Assembly (NCBI GenBank): GCA_964291395.2
Contig: OZ219858.1
Coordinates: forward strand, 384,001 to 448,000
Direction: 5' to 3'
Length of the DNA stretch: 64,000 nucleotides
Origin: Alphaproteobacteria bacterium
GTDB lineage: Bacteria; Pseudomonadota; Alphaproteobacteria; UBA2966
Shown here: positions 18,771-27,909 of the stretch, one piece after another
Numbering within the stretch: position 1 is the first letter of the stretch
Layout of the letters: each line of letters begins with the position of its first letter
Notes under the pieces: model-generated
Seen by the model: only the letters and a program-made list of their open reading frames with translations
The model's database searches: none
Told to the model about the DNA's origin: nothing
Made by a program: the position numbers and the translations under genes

Positions 18771-20531
18771 CTACGACCGAGCGAGAGCGGGTTCACGCCC
18801 GGATTCGCGGAGGTCGGCGCGGCGGCGTTCCGTCGCCGCCTCGTCGAGGGACCGGCCGTCCCCGTCGATCACCACACCATAGACGTCGTGCGCCGCGCCG
18901 CGGCTCACCAAGCCGTCCCGCACATCGCGCAGGACGCGTCCGCGCTCTCGCTCGAGAGGATCACCCCAACCACCACCCGCCGGTGACGACGCGGTGATGC
19001 GGAACGATTCGACGTCCATGGCGCCGTATTGAGGCGGCTCGAAGGCATTCCCGCCCTCGGGATACATCATCATCTCGCCCTTGGCTCCGTCGCCACCGCC
19101 GAGGACGCCGTAGCCCGACGGACTCGCAAGTCCCTCGCCGCGAAACGAATGCTGGGACGCCCCCACGACCTCGGCCTCGTAATGTACGCCGGTGCCGCCG
19201 CGAAAGGCGCCGGATCCTGCCGCATCGCAGCGAAACTCGACCTTGCGGATGGTCATCGGGTGAACCTGCTCGAACCCTTCCACGTTGGGCAACGTGAGTC
19301 CGCCGAGGGAGATCAGATGCCCGATCTGGTTGAAGCCGTCGCGGCCCCGCACCGCGCCGGCGCCGGCCATGGCGTTCCAGTGGTAGATGACGAACGGACG
19401 GTCGGTCCCGATCCCGCCCGCCGTACCTCCGTGGATGTTTTTGGCCCAGCCGGCCGAGGCACGTGACGGGTCGGCCTCGGCCAACGCTTTCCACACCGCG
19501 TGGATGATCTCGTGACCGACCGAGACGGTGCACATGGTCATCGGCGCGGGCGGGCGGGCATTGATGATGGTGCCCTCCGGCGCGACGATCTCGATCGCCC
19601 GGTAAGTGCCCTCGTTGCGCGGGATATCCGGGTCGAAGAAGGTGGTGAAGGCGAGATAGACGGCGGAATGGGTATTGGCGATGGAGCTGTTCTTGAAGCC
19701 CTTGATCTGCGGGTCCGTCCCCGCGAAATCGACGGTCACGCTGTCGCCGGCAACGGTCACCGTCACGCGAATGGCGATATCGACGGATCGGAAGCAGTCG
19801 TTGTCGGTGATTTCCAGGCCCTCGTAGCGCCCGTCGGGCAAGGTACGCAGGGCGGCGCGGAAGCGCCGGTCGGCGTGATCGAGAATACCCTCCAGGCAGG
19901 AGAAGGTGCGATCGACGCCGAGTTCCCGGGCGAGGGCCGCCACGCTTTCCGCACCGATGCGGGTCGAGCCCACCATCGCCCGCAGGTCTCCGTCCTGCAG
20001 TCGCGGCGTCCGGGAATTGATCAGCAGCAGTTGCCAGATGTCTTCGCAGATCCTGCCCTTCTCCACGATGCGGATCGGGGGCAAGCGGATCCCTTCGTGA
20101 AAGATCTCCGTGGCCTCGGGGTTGACCGTCCCCGCGGCGCCACCACCGATATCCGACTGATGCCCCCGGTTGCAGGCGAACGCGACCAGATGGCCGTCGG
20201 CGAACGCCGGCTGGGTAACCACCCAATCGGGCAAATGATTTCCACCCGCGACATAGGGGTCGTTGGACAGGAAGACGTCGCCTTCGTGGATGTCATCCCC
20301 GAACGCATCGAGCAGCGCGCGAACGGTAAATCCGCCGTTTCCGCTCTGGATCGGAACCCCGTCCGCCTGGCTGACGAGCGTCCCGCGAGCATCGGTGATG
20401 AAATTCGAGAAATCGTGGTACTGGCTGAAGATCGGACTGTGAGCCGTGCGCAACATGACCTGACCCATGCGCCGCGAAATATCGTCGAGGCGGTTCTGGG
20501 TCAGCGCAAGAACGATGGGGTCGATGTTCAC
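18771..20531 (-). CDS. hyuB: Hydantoinase B/oxoprolinase family protein (no adjacent A subunit)
   Basis: NDPYVAGGNHLPD, HQSDIGG, EIFHEGIRLPP, AGGGWGDP; GGAGG RBS before GTG. Confidence 0.92.
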   Translation of the reverse strand: MNIDPIVLALTQNRLDDISRRMGQVMLRTAHSPIFSQYHDFSNFITDARGTLVSQADGVPIQSGNGGFTVRALLDAFGDDIHEGDVFLSNDPYVAGGNHLPDWVVTQPAFADGHLVAFACNRGHQSDIGGGAAGTVNPEATEIFHEGIRLPPIRIVEKGRICEDIWQLLLINSRTPRLQDGDLRAMVGSTRIGAESVAALARELGVDRTFSCLEGILDHADRRFRAALRTLPDGRYEGLEITDNDCFRSVDIAIRVTVTVAGDSVTVDFAGTDPQIKGFKNSSIANTHSAVYLAFTTFFDPDIPRNEGTYRAIEIVAPEGTIINARPPAPMTMCTVSVGHEIIHAVWKALAEADPSRASAGWAKNIHGGTAGGIGTDRPFVIYHWNAMAGAGAVRGRDGFNQIGHLISLGGLTLPNVEGFEQVHPMTIRKVEFRCDAAGSGAFRGGTGVHYEAEVVGASQHSFRGEGLASPSGYGVLGGGDGAKGEMMMYPEGGNAFEPPQYGAMDVESFRITASSPAGGGWGDPLERERGRVLRDVRDGLVSRGAAHDVYGVVIDGDGRSLDEAATERRRADLRESGREPALARS

Positions 20532-20598
20532 AACGGCCTTCCTCCCGGTAGAAGGCTAACCGCGTTTCGGCCCAAGGCCAAACGTGTGTCCCGGATTC

Positions 20599-20640
20599 CG
20601 TTTGAACCGCCGAGGTCTCCGAGACCACCGAGGGACCTCG
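20599..20640 (+). repeat. 42-bp imperfect inverted repeat, right copy
   Basis: CGTTTGAACCGCCGAGGTCTCCGAGACCACCGAGGGACCTCG; inverted match to 18705-18746. Confidence 0.75.
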
Positions 20641-20761
20641 CCGGCGGCCAGATGTATTCATGACCATGCATCGGCAGCCGACGCGGCACCCGTTGGTGGA
20701 TGGATCCTGCGGGCATTGGTGTGCCTGACTCCGTTGAGGCGGCGTGATAGCGTCTGAAGCC

Positions 20762-22012
20762 ATGAAGAACCTCTCGGTCGACGCGGACCGCCTGTGGTCG
20801 ACCCTCATGGAGATGGGCAAGATCGGCGGGACCCCGGCAGGCGGGTCCCGACGCCTCGCGCTGAGCCGGGAGGACGGCGAGGCGCGCGACCTCTTCGTGC
20901 GCTGGGCGGAGGATACGGGCTGCACCATCACCGTCGATCGTGTCGGCAACATCTTCGCGCGGCGCGCGGGCGCGGATGACTCCCAACCGCCGGTCTGCAT
21001 CGGAAGCCATCTCGACACGGTTCCGACGGGCGGCAAGTTCGACGGAGTCTTCGGCGTGATTGCCGGACTCGAGGTGCTGCGCACGCTCGATGACGCCGAG
21101 GTGCGGACCCGAGCGCCGTTGGAGGTCATCGTCTGGACCAACGAGGAAGGCGCGCGCTATTCACCCGTGACGCTGGGCTCGCTCGCCTTCATCGGCGCGC
21201 ACTCGGTGGACTACGCGCTCGGTCGCATGGATGCCGACGGCATCAGCGTCCGGGAGGCGTTGGCGGAGATCGGCTACGACGGTTCGGCGGAGGTGGGCAA
21301 TCGGCCAATCGGCGCCTATTTCGAAGCCCACAACGAACAGGGACCGCTGCTCGAGGAAAGCGGCGAGGTGATCGGCGTCGTCACGGGGTCCTACGCCTCG
21401 CGCTATTTCGTGATCACGGTGAAGGGCATGGCCGCTCACGTCGGCCCGACTCCGATGGCACGGCGCAAGGACGCCATGGTCGGCGCCGCCAGGGCGATCC
21501 TCGAAGTCAACCGTGTCGGCAACGCCTACGGACCTGACGGCCGTTCCAACGCACCGCACATCGAGGTCTACCCCAACGTCCGCGGCGTCATCCCCGACGA
21601 GGTCCGGGTGAGTTGCGATCTGCGGCATCGCGAGCACACCACCATCGACGAGATGGAAAAGGACCTGCGAAGCGCCCTGGTTCGGCTCGGCGAAAAGCTC
21701 GACATGGATTTCGAGCTCGAACCCTATTTCGCCTGGGGACCCATGAGCTTCGATCCCGAACTCGCGGAACTGCTGCGCAACACCGCCGACGAGCTCGGCT
21801 ACGGCCGTCAGGATTTGCAGATCATCGCCGGACACGATGCCGTGCCGATGACCGAAGTGACGCAGTCGGGTCTGATCCTGATCCCGAGCCGGGACGGATT
21901 GAGCCACAACGAAACCGAGTACAGCGCTCCCGAGCACGTGGCCGCGGGCGCCAACGTGCTGCTGCACGCCGCACTGGCCAAGGCGGGAGTCGTGGCCGAC
22001 GGGGACACCTAG
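20762..22012 (+). CDS. M20 Zn-dependent hydrolase (N-carbamoyl-L-amino acid amidohydrolase / beta-ureidopropionase-like)
   Basis: GSHLDTVPTGGKFDG, NEEGAR, EAHNEQGP, AGHDA, SHNETE. Confidence 0.92.
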   Translation: MKNLSVDADRLWSTLMEMGKIGGTPAGGSRRLALSREDGEARDLFVRWAEDTGCTITVDRVGNIFARRAGADDSQPPVCIGSHLDTVPTGGKFDGVFGVIAGLEVLRTLDDAEVRTRAPLEVIVWTNEEGARYSPVTLGSLAFIGAHSVDYALGRMDADGISVREALAEIGYDGSAEVGNRPIGAYFEAHNEQGPLLEESGEVIGVVTGSYASRYFVITVKGMAAHVGPTPMARRKDAMVGAARAILEVNRVGNAYGPDGRSNAPHIEVYPNVRGVIPDEVRVSCDLRHREHTTIDEMEKDLRSALVRLGEKLDMDFELEPYFAWGPMSFDPELAELLRNTADELGYGRQDLQIIAGHDAVPMTEVTQSGLILIPSRDGLSHNETEYSAPEHVAAGANVLLHAALAKAGVVADGDT

Positions 22013-22101
22013 CAAGGACGAAGAACGACGATCAAAAGGAATACCGGACACCCCTCTACCGCCCCGTCCGGGAGGGACGATCGGTGTTCCAGGAGGACGT
22101 G

Positions 22102-23481
22102 ATGACCAGCCAACCCAACTCCGCCAGCGCCCGGGACGTGGCGACGGTGCTTCACCCGTTCACCAACCTCAAGACCCATGAGGAGGAGGGCCCGTTCATC
22201 ATCGATCACGGCAGCGGCGTGCACGTCACCGACGAGAACGGCAAGACCTATATCGAGGGGATGTCCGGGCTGTGGTGCACGTCGCTCGGCTTCAGCGAAC
22301 GGCGCCTGATCGATGCCGCGGCGCGCCAGATGGCGGAACTGCCCTACAACCAGACGTTCCTCGGGCGGAGCCACGCGACGACGATCGATCTCGCCGAGCG
22401 CCTCCTCTCCTTGTCGCCGGTTCCCATGTCCAAGATCCTGTTCGCCAACTCCGGTTCCGAAGCCAACGACACCGCCGTCAAGCTGGTCTGGTACCACAAC
22501 AACGCCAACGGGCGGCCCGAGAAACGCAAGATCATCGGGCGGCGGAACGGCTATCACGGAACGACGATCGCCACCACGAGCCTCAATGGCATCCCGGATC
22601 TGCACCGCGATTTCAATCTGCCGATTGCCGATATCCTGCATACCGACTGTCCGCACCACTATCGCTTTGCGGAACCCGGCGAGAACCAAGAGGAGTTCGC
22701 CGCCCGACTCGCGGCCAACCTCGAAAAACTGATCCTCGACGAACGTCCGGAGACCGTGGCCGCCTTCATCGCCGAGCCGGTGATGGGGGTCGGCGGCGTC
22801 ATCGTGCCGCCGGAGACCTATTTCGAGAAGGTGCAGGCGGTGCTGCGCAAGTACGACGTGCTGTTCATCGCCGATGAGATCATCTGCGGCTTCGGGCGGA
22901 CGGGGAACATGTTCGGCAGTGAAACCTTCGATCTCCGGCCCGACCTCATGTGTTGCGCCAAGGCGCTGTCGTCGGCCTACCTGCCGATCTCGGCGACCTT
23001 CATCCCCGAGCCCATCTACCGGTCCATGGTGGCCGAGAGCGAGAAGATCGGCGTGTTCGGCCACGGATTCACCTACTCCGGCCATCCGGTGGCGGCGGCC
23101 GTGGCTCTCGAGACGCTCGACATCTATGAAGAGCGCGACATCGTCGGCCACGTGCAGGCCATCGCTCCACGCTTCCAGGAGATATTCCTGTCGCTCGCCG
23201 ACCGGCCGCTGGTCGGGGAGGCCCGCGGCGTGGGGCTGATGGCCGGCATCGAATTGGTCGCCGACAAGGCCGACAAGCGGCCCTTCGACCCGGCGCTCAA
23301 GGTGGGCACCTACCTGATGTCGCGGGCCCGTGAGCACGGGCTGATCGTGCGGGCGCTCGGCGACACCGTGGTCTGCGCCCCGCCGTTGATCATCACGAAG
23401 GACGAGATCGACGAGCTCGGCGCGCGCTTCCACCGTGCGCTGGCGGACACGGAAGCACGGTTTCTCGAGGAGGCGGCGTAG
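22102..23481 (+). CDS. Class III (omega) aminotransferase
   Basis: HPFT, GMSGLWC, NSGSEAND, FIADEIICGFGRTG, AKALSS (PLP Lys), HGFTYSGHP; AGGAGG RBS. Confidence 0.93.
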   Translation: MTSQPNSASARDVATVLHPFTNLKTHEEEGPFIIDHGSGVHVTDENGKTYIEGMSGLWCTSLGFSERRLIDAAARQMAELPYNQTFLGRSHATTIDLAERLLSLSPVPMSKILFANSGSEANDTAVKLVWYHNNANGRPEKRKIIGRRNGYHGTTIATTSLNGIPDLHRDFNLPIADILHTDCPHHYRFAEPGENQEEFAARLAANLEKLILDERPETVAAFIAEPVMGVGGVIVPPETYFEKVQAVLRKYDVLFIADEIICGFGRTGNMFGSETFDLRPDLMCCAKALSSAYLPISATFIPEPIYRSMVAESEKIGVFGHGFTYSGHPVAAAVALETLDIYEERDIVGHVQAIAPRFQEIFLSLADRPLVGEARGVGLMAGIELVADKADKRPFDPALKVGTYLMSRAREHGLIVRALGDTVVCAPPLIITKDEIDELGARFHRALADTEARFLEEAA

Positions 23482-23679
23482 GGAACGAACGACGAAAGCC
23501 AGCCGACTCGATGACGGTCGCCAAGGGAAACACCGACCAACAAGGAGGTGGCCGCTGAAAGGTAGCGCAAGGAACGACGGGAGTGACGGCAGACAGGCCG
23601 GATACGAAACTGCAATCTGCCTGCCCCGTCACGCCAACGCCGCTCCTTGCGAGCCGGGAGGCGTCCATACAAATATTCG

Positions 23680-25083
23680 ATGACCGATGACCTCTCGATG
23701 ATGACGGCGGCCGAGCTGGTCTCCCGCTACCGCCGCAAGACGTTGTCGCCGGTCGAGGTGATCGAGGCGGTGCTCGGGCGGATCGACCGGTGCGACGGGG
23801 CCGTCAACGCCTTCTGCCATCTCGATCCCGACTCGGCCCTGGCGTCCGCGCGCGAATCGGAAGCGCGCTGGCAAGCGGGACGTCCGGTGGGCCTCGTCGA
23901 CGGTGTGCCGACGACGATCAAGGACGCGCTCCTGACCCGGGGCTGGCCGACCCGGCGCGGCTCACGCACCGGTTCTCCCGACGGCTCCTGGGACGAGGAC
24001 GGCGCAGCCACGGCGCGCCTGCGGGCCCACGGTGCCGTACTGATCGGCAAGACGACGACCCCGGAATTCGGTTGGAAGGGTGTCACCGACAGCCCGCTCA
24101 CCGGCATCACGCGAAACCCGTGGAACCTGGAACGGACGCCGGGCGGTTCCAGCGGTGGCGCCTCGGCAGCCTGCGCGGCCGGGATGGGAGCGCTGCACGT
24201 GGGCACCGACGGCGCCGGCTCCATCCGCATGCCCGCAGCCTTTGCCGGTATCTATGGCCTCAAGCCCACGTTCGGACGGGTGCCCATCCATCCGATGAAC
24301 ATGCCGGGCACGATCATCCATCACGGGCCGATGACGCGGACCGTGGGCGACGCGGCGCTGATGCTCAACGTGATCGGCGAGCCCGATCCCCGGGACTGGA
24401 CGGCCCTACCTCATGAGTCCCGTGACTGGCGGGTGGGGCTCGAAGATGGCGTCAAAGGCCTCCGCATCGCCTATTCGCGCGATTTCGGGTACGCGAACGT
24501 GGACTCCGAGATCGCCGGTCTCGTCGAGAAAGCGGCCCAGGTGTTCGCCGATCTCGGTGCCGTCGTCGACGAGGCCGACCCCGGGTTCGAGGACCCCCGG
24601 GAGGCCTTCGGCGTCTATTACTTCCTGCGCTTCCGGCCCCTCGTCGACACGATGAGCGACGAGCAGCGCGCACTGGTGGATCCGGGACTGCTGCGATCGG
24701 TAGAGGAATATCGGGACAAGGGCGTCGCCGATTCGTTGGCCGCCGATACGGTGCGCCTGAAGCTGGGGCGGCACATGAACCTGTTCCATCAGACCTACGA
24801 TCTGCTGATCTCGCCGCAGATGCCCCTCGCCGCCTTCGAGGCGGGGGCCGAAGTACCCGCCGGCCGCGGCATGAGGGATTGGATGGATTGGAGCCCGTTC
24901 ACCTATCCCTTCAACTTCACGCAGGCACCGGCGGCGAGCGTGCCCTGCGGCATCACCAGCGAGGGCCTACCGGCGGCGGTGCAGATCGCCGGGCCGCGGT
25001 ATCGGGAAGACCTGGTGCTGCGCGCGAGCCGCGCCTACGAGTCGGCCTGCCCGTTCGTCATGCCGGAACCGCCGGCGGCGTGA
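23680..25083 (+). CDS. Amidase signature family protein
   Basis: GVPTTIKD, GKTTTPEFG, GGSSGG, GTDGAGSIRMP. Confidence 0.93.
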   Translation: MTDDLSMMTAAELVSRYRRKTLSPVEVIEAVLGRIDRCDGAVNAFCHLDPDSALASARESEARWQAGRPVGLVDGVPTTIKDALLTRGWPTRRGSRTGSPDGSWDEDGAATARLRAHGAVLIGKTTTPEFGWKGVTDSPLTGITRNPWNLERTPGGSSGGASAACAAGMGALHVGTDGAGSIRMPAAFAGIYGLKPTFGRVPIHPMNMPGTIIHHGPMTRTVGDAALMLNVIGEPDPRDWTALPHESRDWRVGLEDGVKGLRIAYSRDFGYANVDSEIAGLVEKAAQVFADLGAVVDEADPGFEDPREAFGVYYFLRFRPLVDTMSDEQRALVDPGLLRSVEEYRDKGVADSLAADTVRLKLGRHMNLFHQTYDLLISPQMPLAAFEAGAEVPAGRGMRDWMDWSPFTYPFNFTQAPAASVPCGITSEGLPAAVQIAGPRYREDLVLRASRAYESACPFVMPEPPAA

Positions 25084-25105
25084 ACGAGGGAAGCGGCGCG
25101 GCGGC

Positions 25106-25231
25106 TCAGCCGTGCCGGACCGAGGGTCCCGAGGTGGTCTCCTGGGTGGAGAAGCCAACATAGTCGAGGGCGATATCCGCGCCGACGGAGATCACGGCGA
25201 TGGCCAGAAATGCGACCAGCATGGCTTTCAT
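25106..25231 (-). CDS. 41-aa single-TM small protein at the end of the fdh operon
   Basis: MKAMLVAFLAIAVISVGADIALDYVGFSTQETTSGPSVRHG; ATG overlaps upstream TGA (ATGA) with GGAGG RBS. Confidence 0.7.
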   Translation of the reverse strand: MKAMLVAFLAIAVISVGADIALDYVGFSTQETTSGPSVRHG

Positions 25232-26538
25232 CGATTGCCTCCCGATTCCGCCGTCGCGCGCCTCAGGAACGCGATCAGGTCCTCCCTGTCGGCGGCCTTG
25301 GTGATCCGCTGCATGGGCATCTTGGAGCCGGGAACGAAGTCGTCCGGACCGAGATCGAACAGCGCGTCGATGGTGCCGACGTCCCAGACGATATCGGAAT
25401 TCCGCAGCGTCGGCGAGTAGCTGTAGTCTGCCAGGCTTCCCGCCGGGCGCCCGAACAGCCGGAAGAGCGTGGGACCGGCGCGCCGGCGTCCGTCGGGATC
25501 CAGCGCGTGGCAGATCGAGCATTTGCGCTGGAACTGGCGCTCTCCGTTGCTCATCCCGGCCGGGTCCCTGAGGAACGAGAGTTCGCCCGCCGCCATGCGC
25601 TGGTGCTTGCCGAGGGACGCCACGGGCCAGCTGTACATGGCGTCGTCGAGGCTGCCGGCGTGGATGTTCCCCCCGTCCTTCGAGAACCGGAGCGCCCAGA
25701 CGGGGCCGCGCAGGGTCGCGCGAAAGTCCCCGGTGACCACCCACCTCGCGCTGTCGATGACCTTGATGAAGCCGTGGCCGTCGCCCACCGCCAGGGTCTT
25801 GAACCCGCGGTCGACCGCCATGGCGAGGATGGGGCTGCGCTCGCCGCTGAAGTCGGCGATGGTGTCTCCGCTGTCGAGACTCGCCACCCGGATCGTCCCG
25901 TCCACTCCGCCGTAGGCCAGCCATCCCGCGGCTTCGTTCAGGACGAGGGTGTTGATGCCGAACCCGCCCTTCACGAGAAGCCGCGTCCGCGCGCCGCTCG
26001 CCACGTCCCAGACCCGGATCGTGCCGTCCGCCGAAGCCGAGTAGAGCCGGGCGCCGTCGGCGGAGAACGCCACGTCGCTGACCCCGCCGGCATGGCCTTT
26101 CAGGAAGCGCGGTGGCGCGCCGCCGTCGAGGGACCAGAGACCGATCGTGCGGTCCCAGCTCGCCGACGCCACGGTGCGTCGGTCGGGCGGCAGCGCCAGG
26201 GCGATGATCTTGCCCTCGTGGCCGCCGAGACGCCGGCCCGTACCCGTGTTCAGATCCCAGAGGTAGATGTCGTGGTCGTCGCCCGCCGAGACCGCGCGCT
26301 CGGAATCGACGAAGCGGACGGCGTTGGCCGCCGCGCGGTGCGCCTCGAGCCAGACCGGGGTGCCGCCCTGCCAGAGCCCCACGGAATAATCGAAACTCGC
26401 CGTCAGGATGCGGCTGCCGTCCGGCGAGACATCGATGCCCTTTATCGGACCGCCGTGGCCCTTGAGCGTGAAGAAATCCCCCGCCGTGGCGAGGGAGGGG
26501 AGCAAAAGCAGGGCCGTCAGGAGCGCTCGGAACGCCAT
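25228..26538 (-). CDS. Periplasmic WD40-repeat protein with C-terminal class I cytochrome c domain
   Basis: Signal peptide; repeated GH...ASxDxTIxxW units; CSICH heme motif, GPTL, PGSKMP Met ligand. Confidence 0.88.
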   Translation of the reverse strand: MAFRALLTALLLLPSLATAGDFFTLKGHGGPIKGIDVSPDGSRILTASFDYSVGLWQGGTPVWLEAHRAAANAVRFVDSERAVSAGDDHDIYLWDLNTGTGRRLGGHEGKIIALALPPDRRTVASASWDRTIGLWSLDGGAPPRFLKGHAGGVSDVAFSADGARLYSASADGTIRVWDVASGARTRLLVKGGFGINTLVLNEAAGWLAYGGVDGTIRVASLDSGDTIADFSGERSPILAMAVDRGFKTLAVGDGHGFIKVIDSARWVVTGDFRATLRGPVWALRFSKDGGNIHAGSLDDAMYSWPVASLGKHQRMAAGELSFLRDPAGMSNGERQFQRKCSICHALDPDGRRRAGPTLFRLFGRPAGSLADYSYSPTLRNSDIVWDVGTIDALFDLGPDDFVPGSKMPMQRITKAADREDLIAFLRRATAESGGNR

Positions 26539-26539
26539 C

Positions 26540-27784
26540 TCATTCCGCCGGCGACGGAGCGGAACCGCCGGTGGCGGCCGGTTTTTCGCCGGTCACCTCC
26601 TCGTACCAGATCGAGTGATGCTCCTTCGCCCACTGCTTCTCGACCTCGCCCGACCCCATGGCGTCGTACGCACCTTCCATTCCGATCGAGCCGAGATAGA
26701 TGTGGGCGATGATGATCGCCATGAACACGAAGGCGACGATGGTGTGCCAAAGCTGGGCGTACTGCATCTCCTCGTGGGGCGCCAGGGTGGTGCGGAGCTC
26801 TCCCAGGCCGACGGCCTGGGGCAGGCCCAGCGCGTTAAGCGCTTCGAAGGTCGCCGCGAACATCGGCAGCTCGAACGGGAACAGCAGCGACAGACCCGAG
26901 AGCGAGATCGAAACCCCCAGGAGAATGACGATCCAGAAGATGATCTTCTGGCCCGCGTTGAACTTCCTGGCCGGCGGGTGGCTGTGCCGGGAAAAGAGGC
27001 CGCCGCCCTTGGCGAGCCATGTCAGATCGGTACGGTTCGGGATGTTGTGGACCACCCAGAACACGAACACCATCGCCAGCGCGAGCATGAACGCCCAGGC
27101 CGCGTTGTTGTGCACCCATTTCGAGGCGTAAGCGAGAGCGGCGAAGGACTCCTTGCCGATGATCGGGATCAGCGCGGAGCGCCCGAACAGGGTGATCAGG
27201 CCGGTGACCCCCAGCAGGATGAACGAGCCGGCGAGCAGCCAGTGGCCGAAGCGCTCGATGGCGGTGAAACGCAGGATCGTCTCCCCAGTCCTCTCGCCGT
27301 CGATGCGGATGCGGCCGCGCAGGAGCATGTAGAGCGCCAGCACAGCGACCATCCCCAGGAGCAGATAGCCGCCGTAGACGGCGAGCGGCCCCCGCCGCAG
27401 CTCGAGCCAGCGCATGCCGGCGTCCTGTATCACGACGCCGGCGGCGGGTCCTTGCGCGGACACGGTGACGTCGGCGCTGCCGTAACGGAGCGCGCGGAAG
27501 ATCTCCGCGTCCGACGCGCCGCCCAGGGTACCCAGTTGCGCCGCGATGGCGGCGGCGCTGTCGGGGTCGCCCGTGGCGTCGCGGCGGAACGCGTCGTCGA
27601 TCCGCTCGCCGCGCTGGCGGGCGAGGATGTCCTCCAGCGTCTGCGCGCCGCCGGTCGCGTCGCGCGCCGCCTCTCTCGCGGTTCCCTCCTGCGCGGCGGA
27701 TACGGCCGGCAGCAGGGACGGCAGCGCGAGCGTCAGGACCAGAAGCGCACGCAGCGTCTTCATCATCGGCAGAGTTCTCGACAT
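26540..27784 (-). CDS. fdhC: Formate dehydrogenase gamma subunit (cytochrome b) with periplasmic N-terminal extension
   Basis: RFTAIERFGHW, KWVHN, KFNAGQKIIFW, HIYLGSIGMEGA, WAKEHHSIW. Confidence 0.92.
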   Translation of the reverse strand: MSRTLPMMKTLRALLVLTLALPSLLPAVSAAQEGTAREAARDATGGAQTLEDILARQRGERIDDAFRRDATGDPDSAAAIAAQLGTLGGASDAEIFRALRYGSADVTVSAQGPAAGVVIQDAGMRWLELRRGPLAVYGGYLLLGMVAVLALYMLLRGRIRIDGERTGETILRFTAIERFGHWLLAGSFILLGVTGLITLFGRSALIPIIGKESFAALAYASKWVHNNAAWAFMLALAMVFVFWVVHNIPNRTDLTWLAKGGGLFSRHSHPPARKFNAGQKIIFWIVILLGVSISLSGLSLLFPFELPMFAATFEALNALGLPQAVGLGELRTTLAPHEEMQYAQLWHTIVAFVFMAIIIAHIYLGSIGMEGAYDAMGSGEVEKQWAKEHHSIWYEEVTGEKPAATGGSAPSPAE

Positions 27785-27873
27785 CGGGAATCCCCTCTCG
27801 ACCGGCCACACGCTCCCCTACGGGCACCGGCCCGTCCGCGTGGCCGGATCGAGAGCGGAAAGCGGATCAAGAA

Positions 27874-27898
27874 CGGGGGGCGGGTCGACCGCCCCCCG
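27874..27898 (-). terminator. GC hairpin with short U-rich tail between fdhB and fdhC
   Basis: GGGGGCGG-loop-CCGCCCCC followed by GTTCTT on the minus strand. Confidence 0.45.
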
Positions 27899-27909
27899 CT
27901 CGAGGCAGA

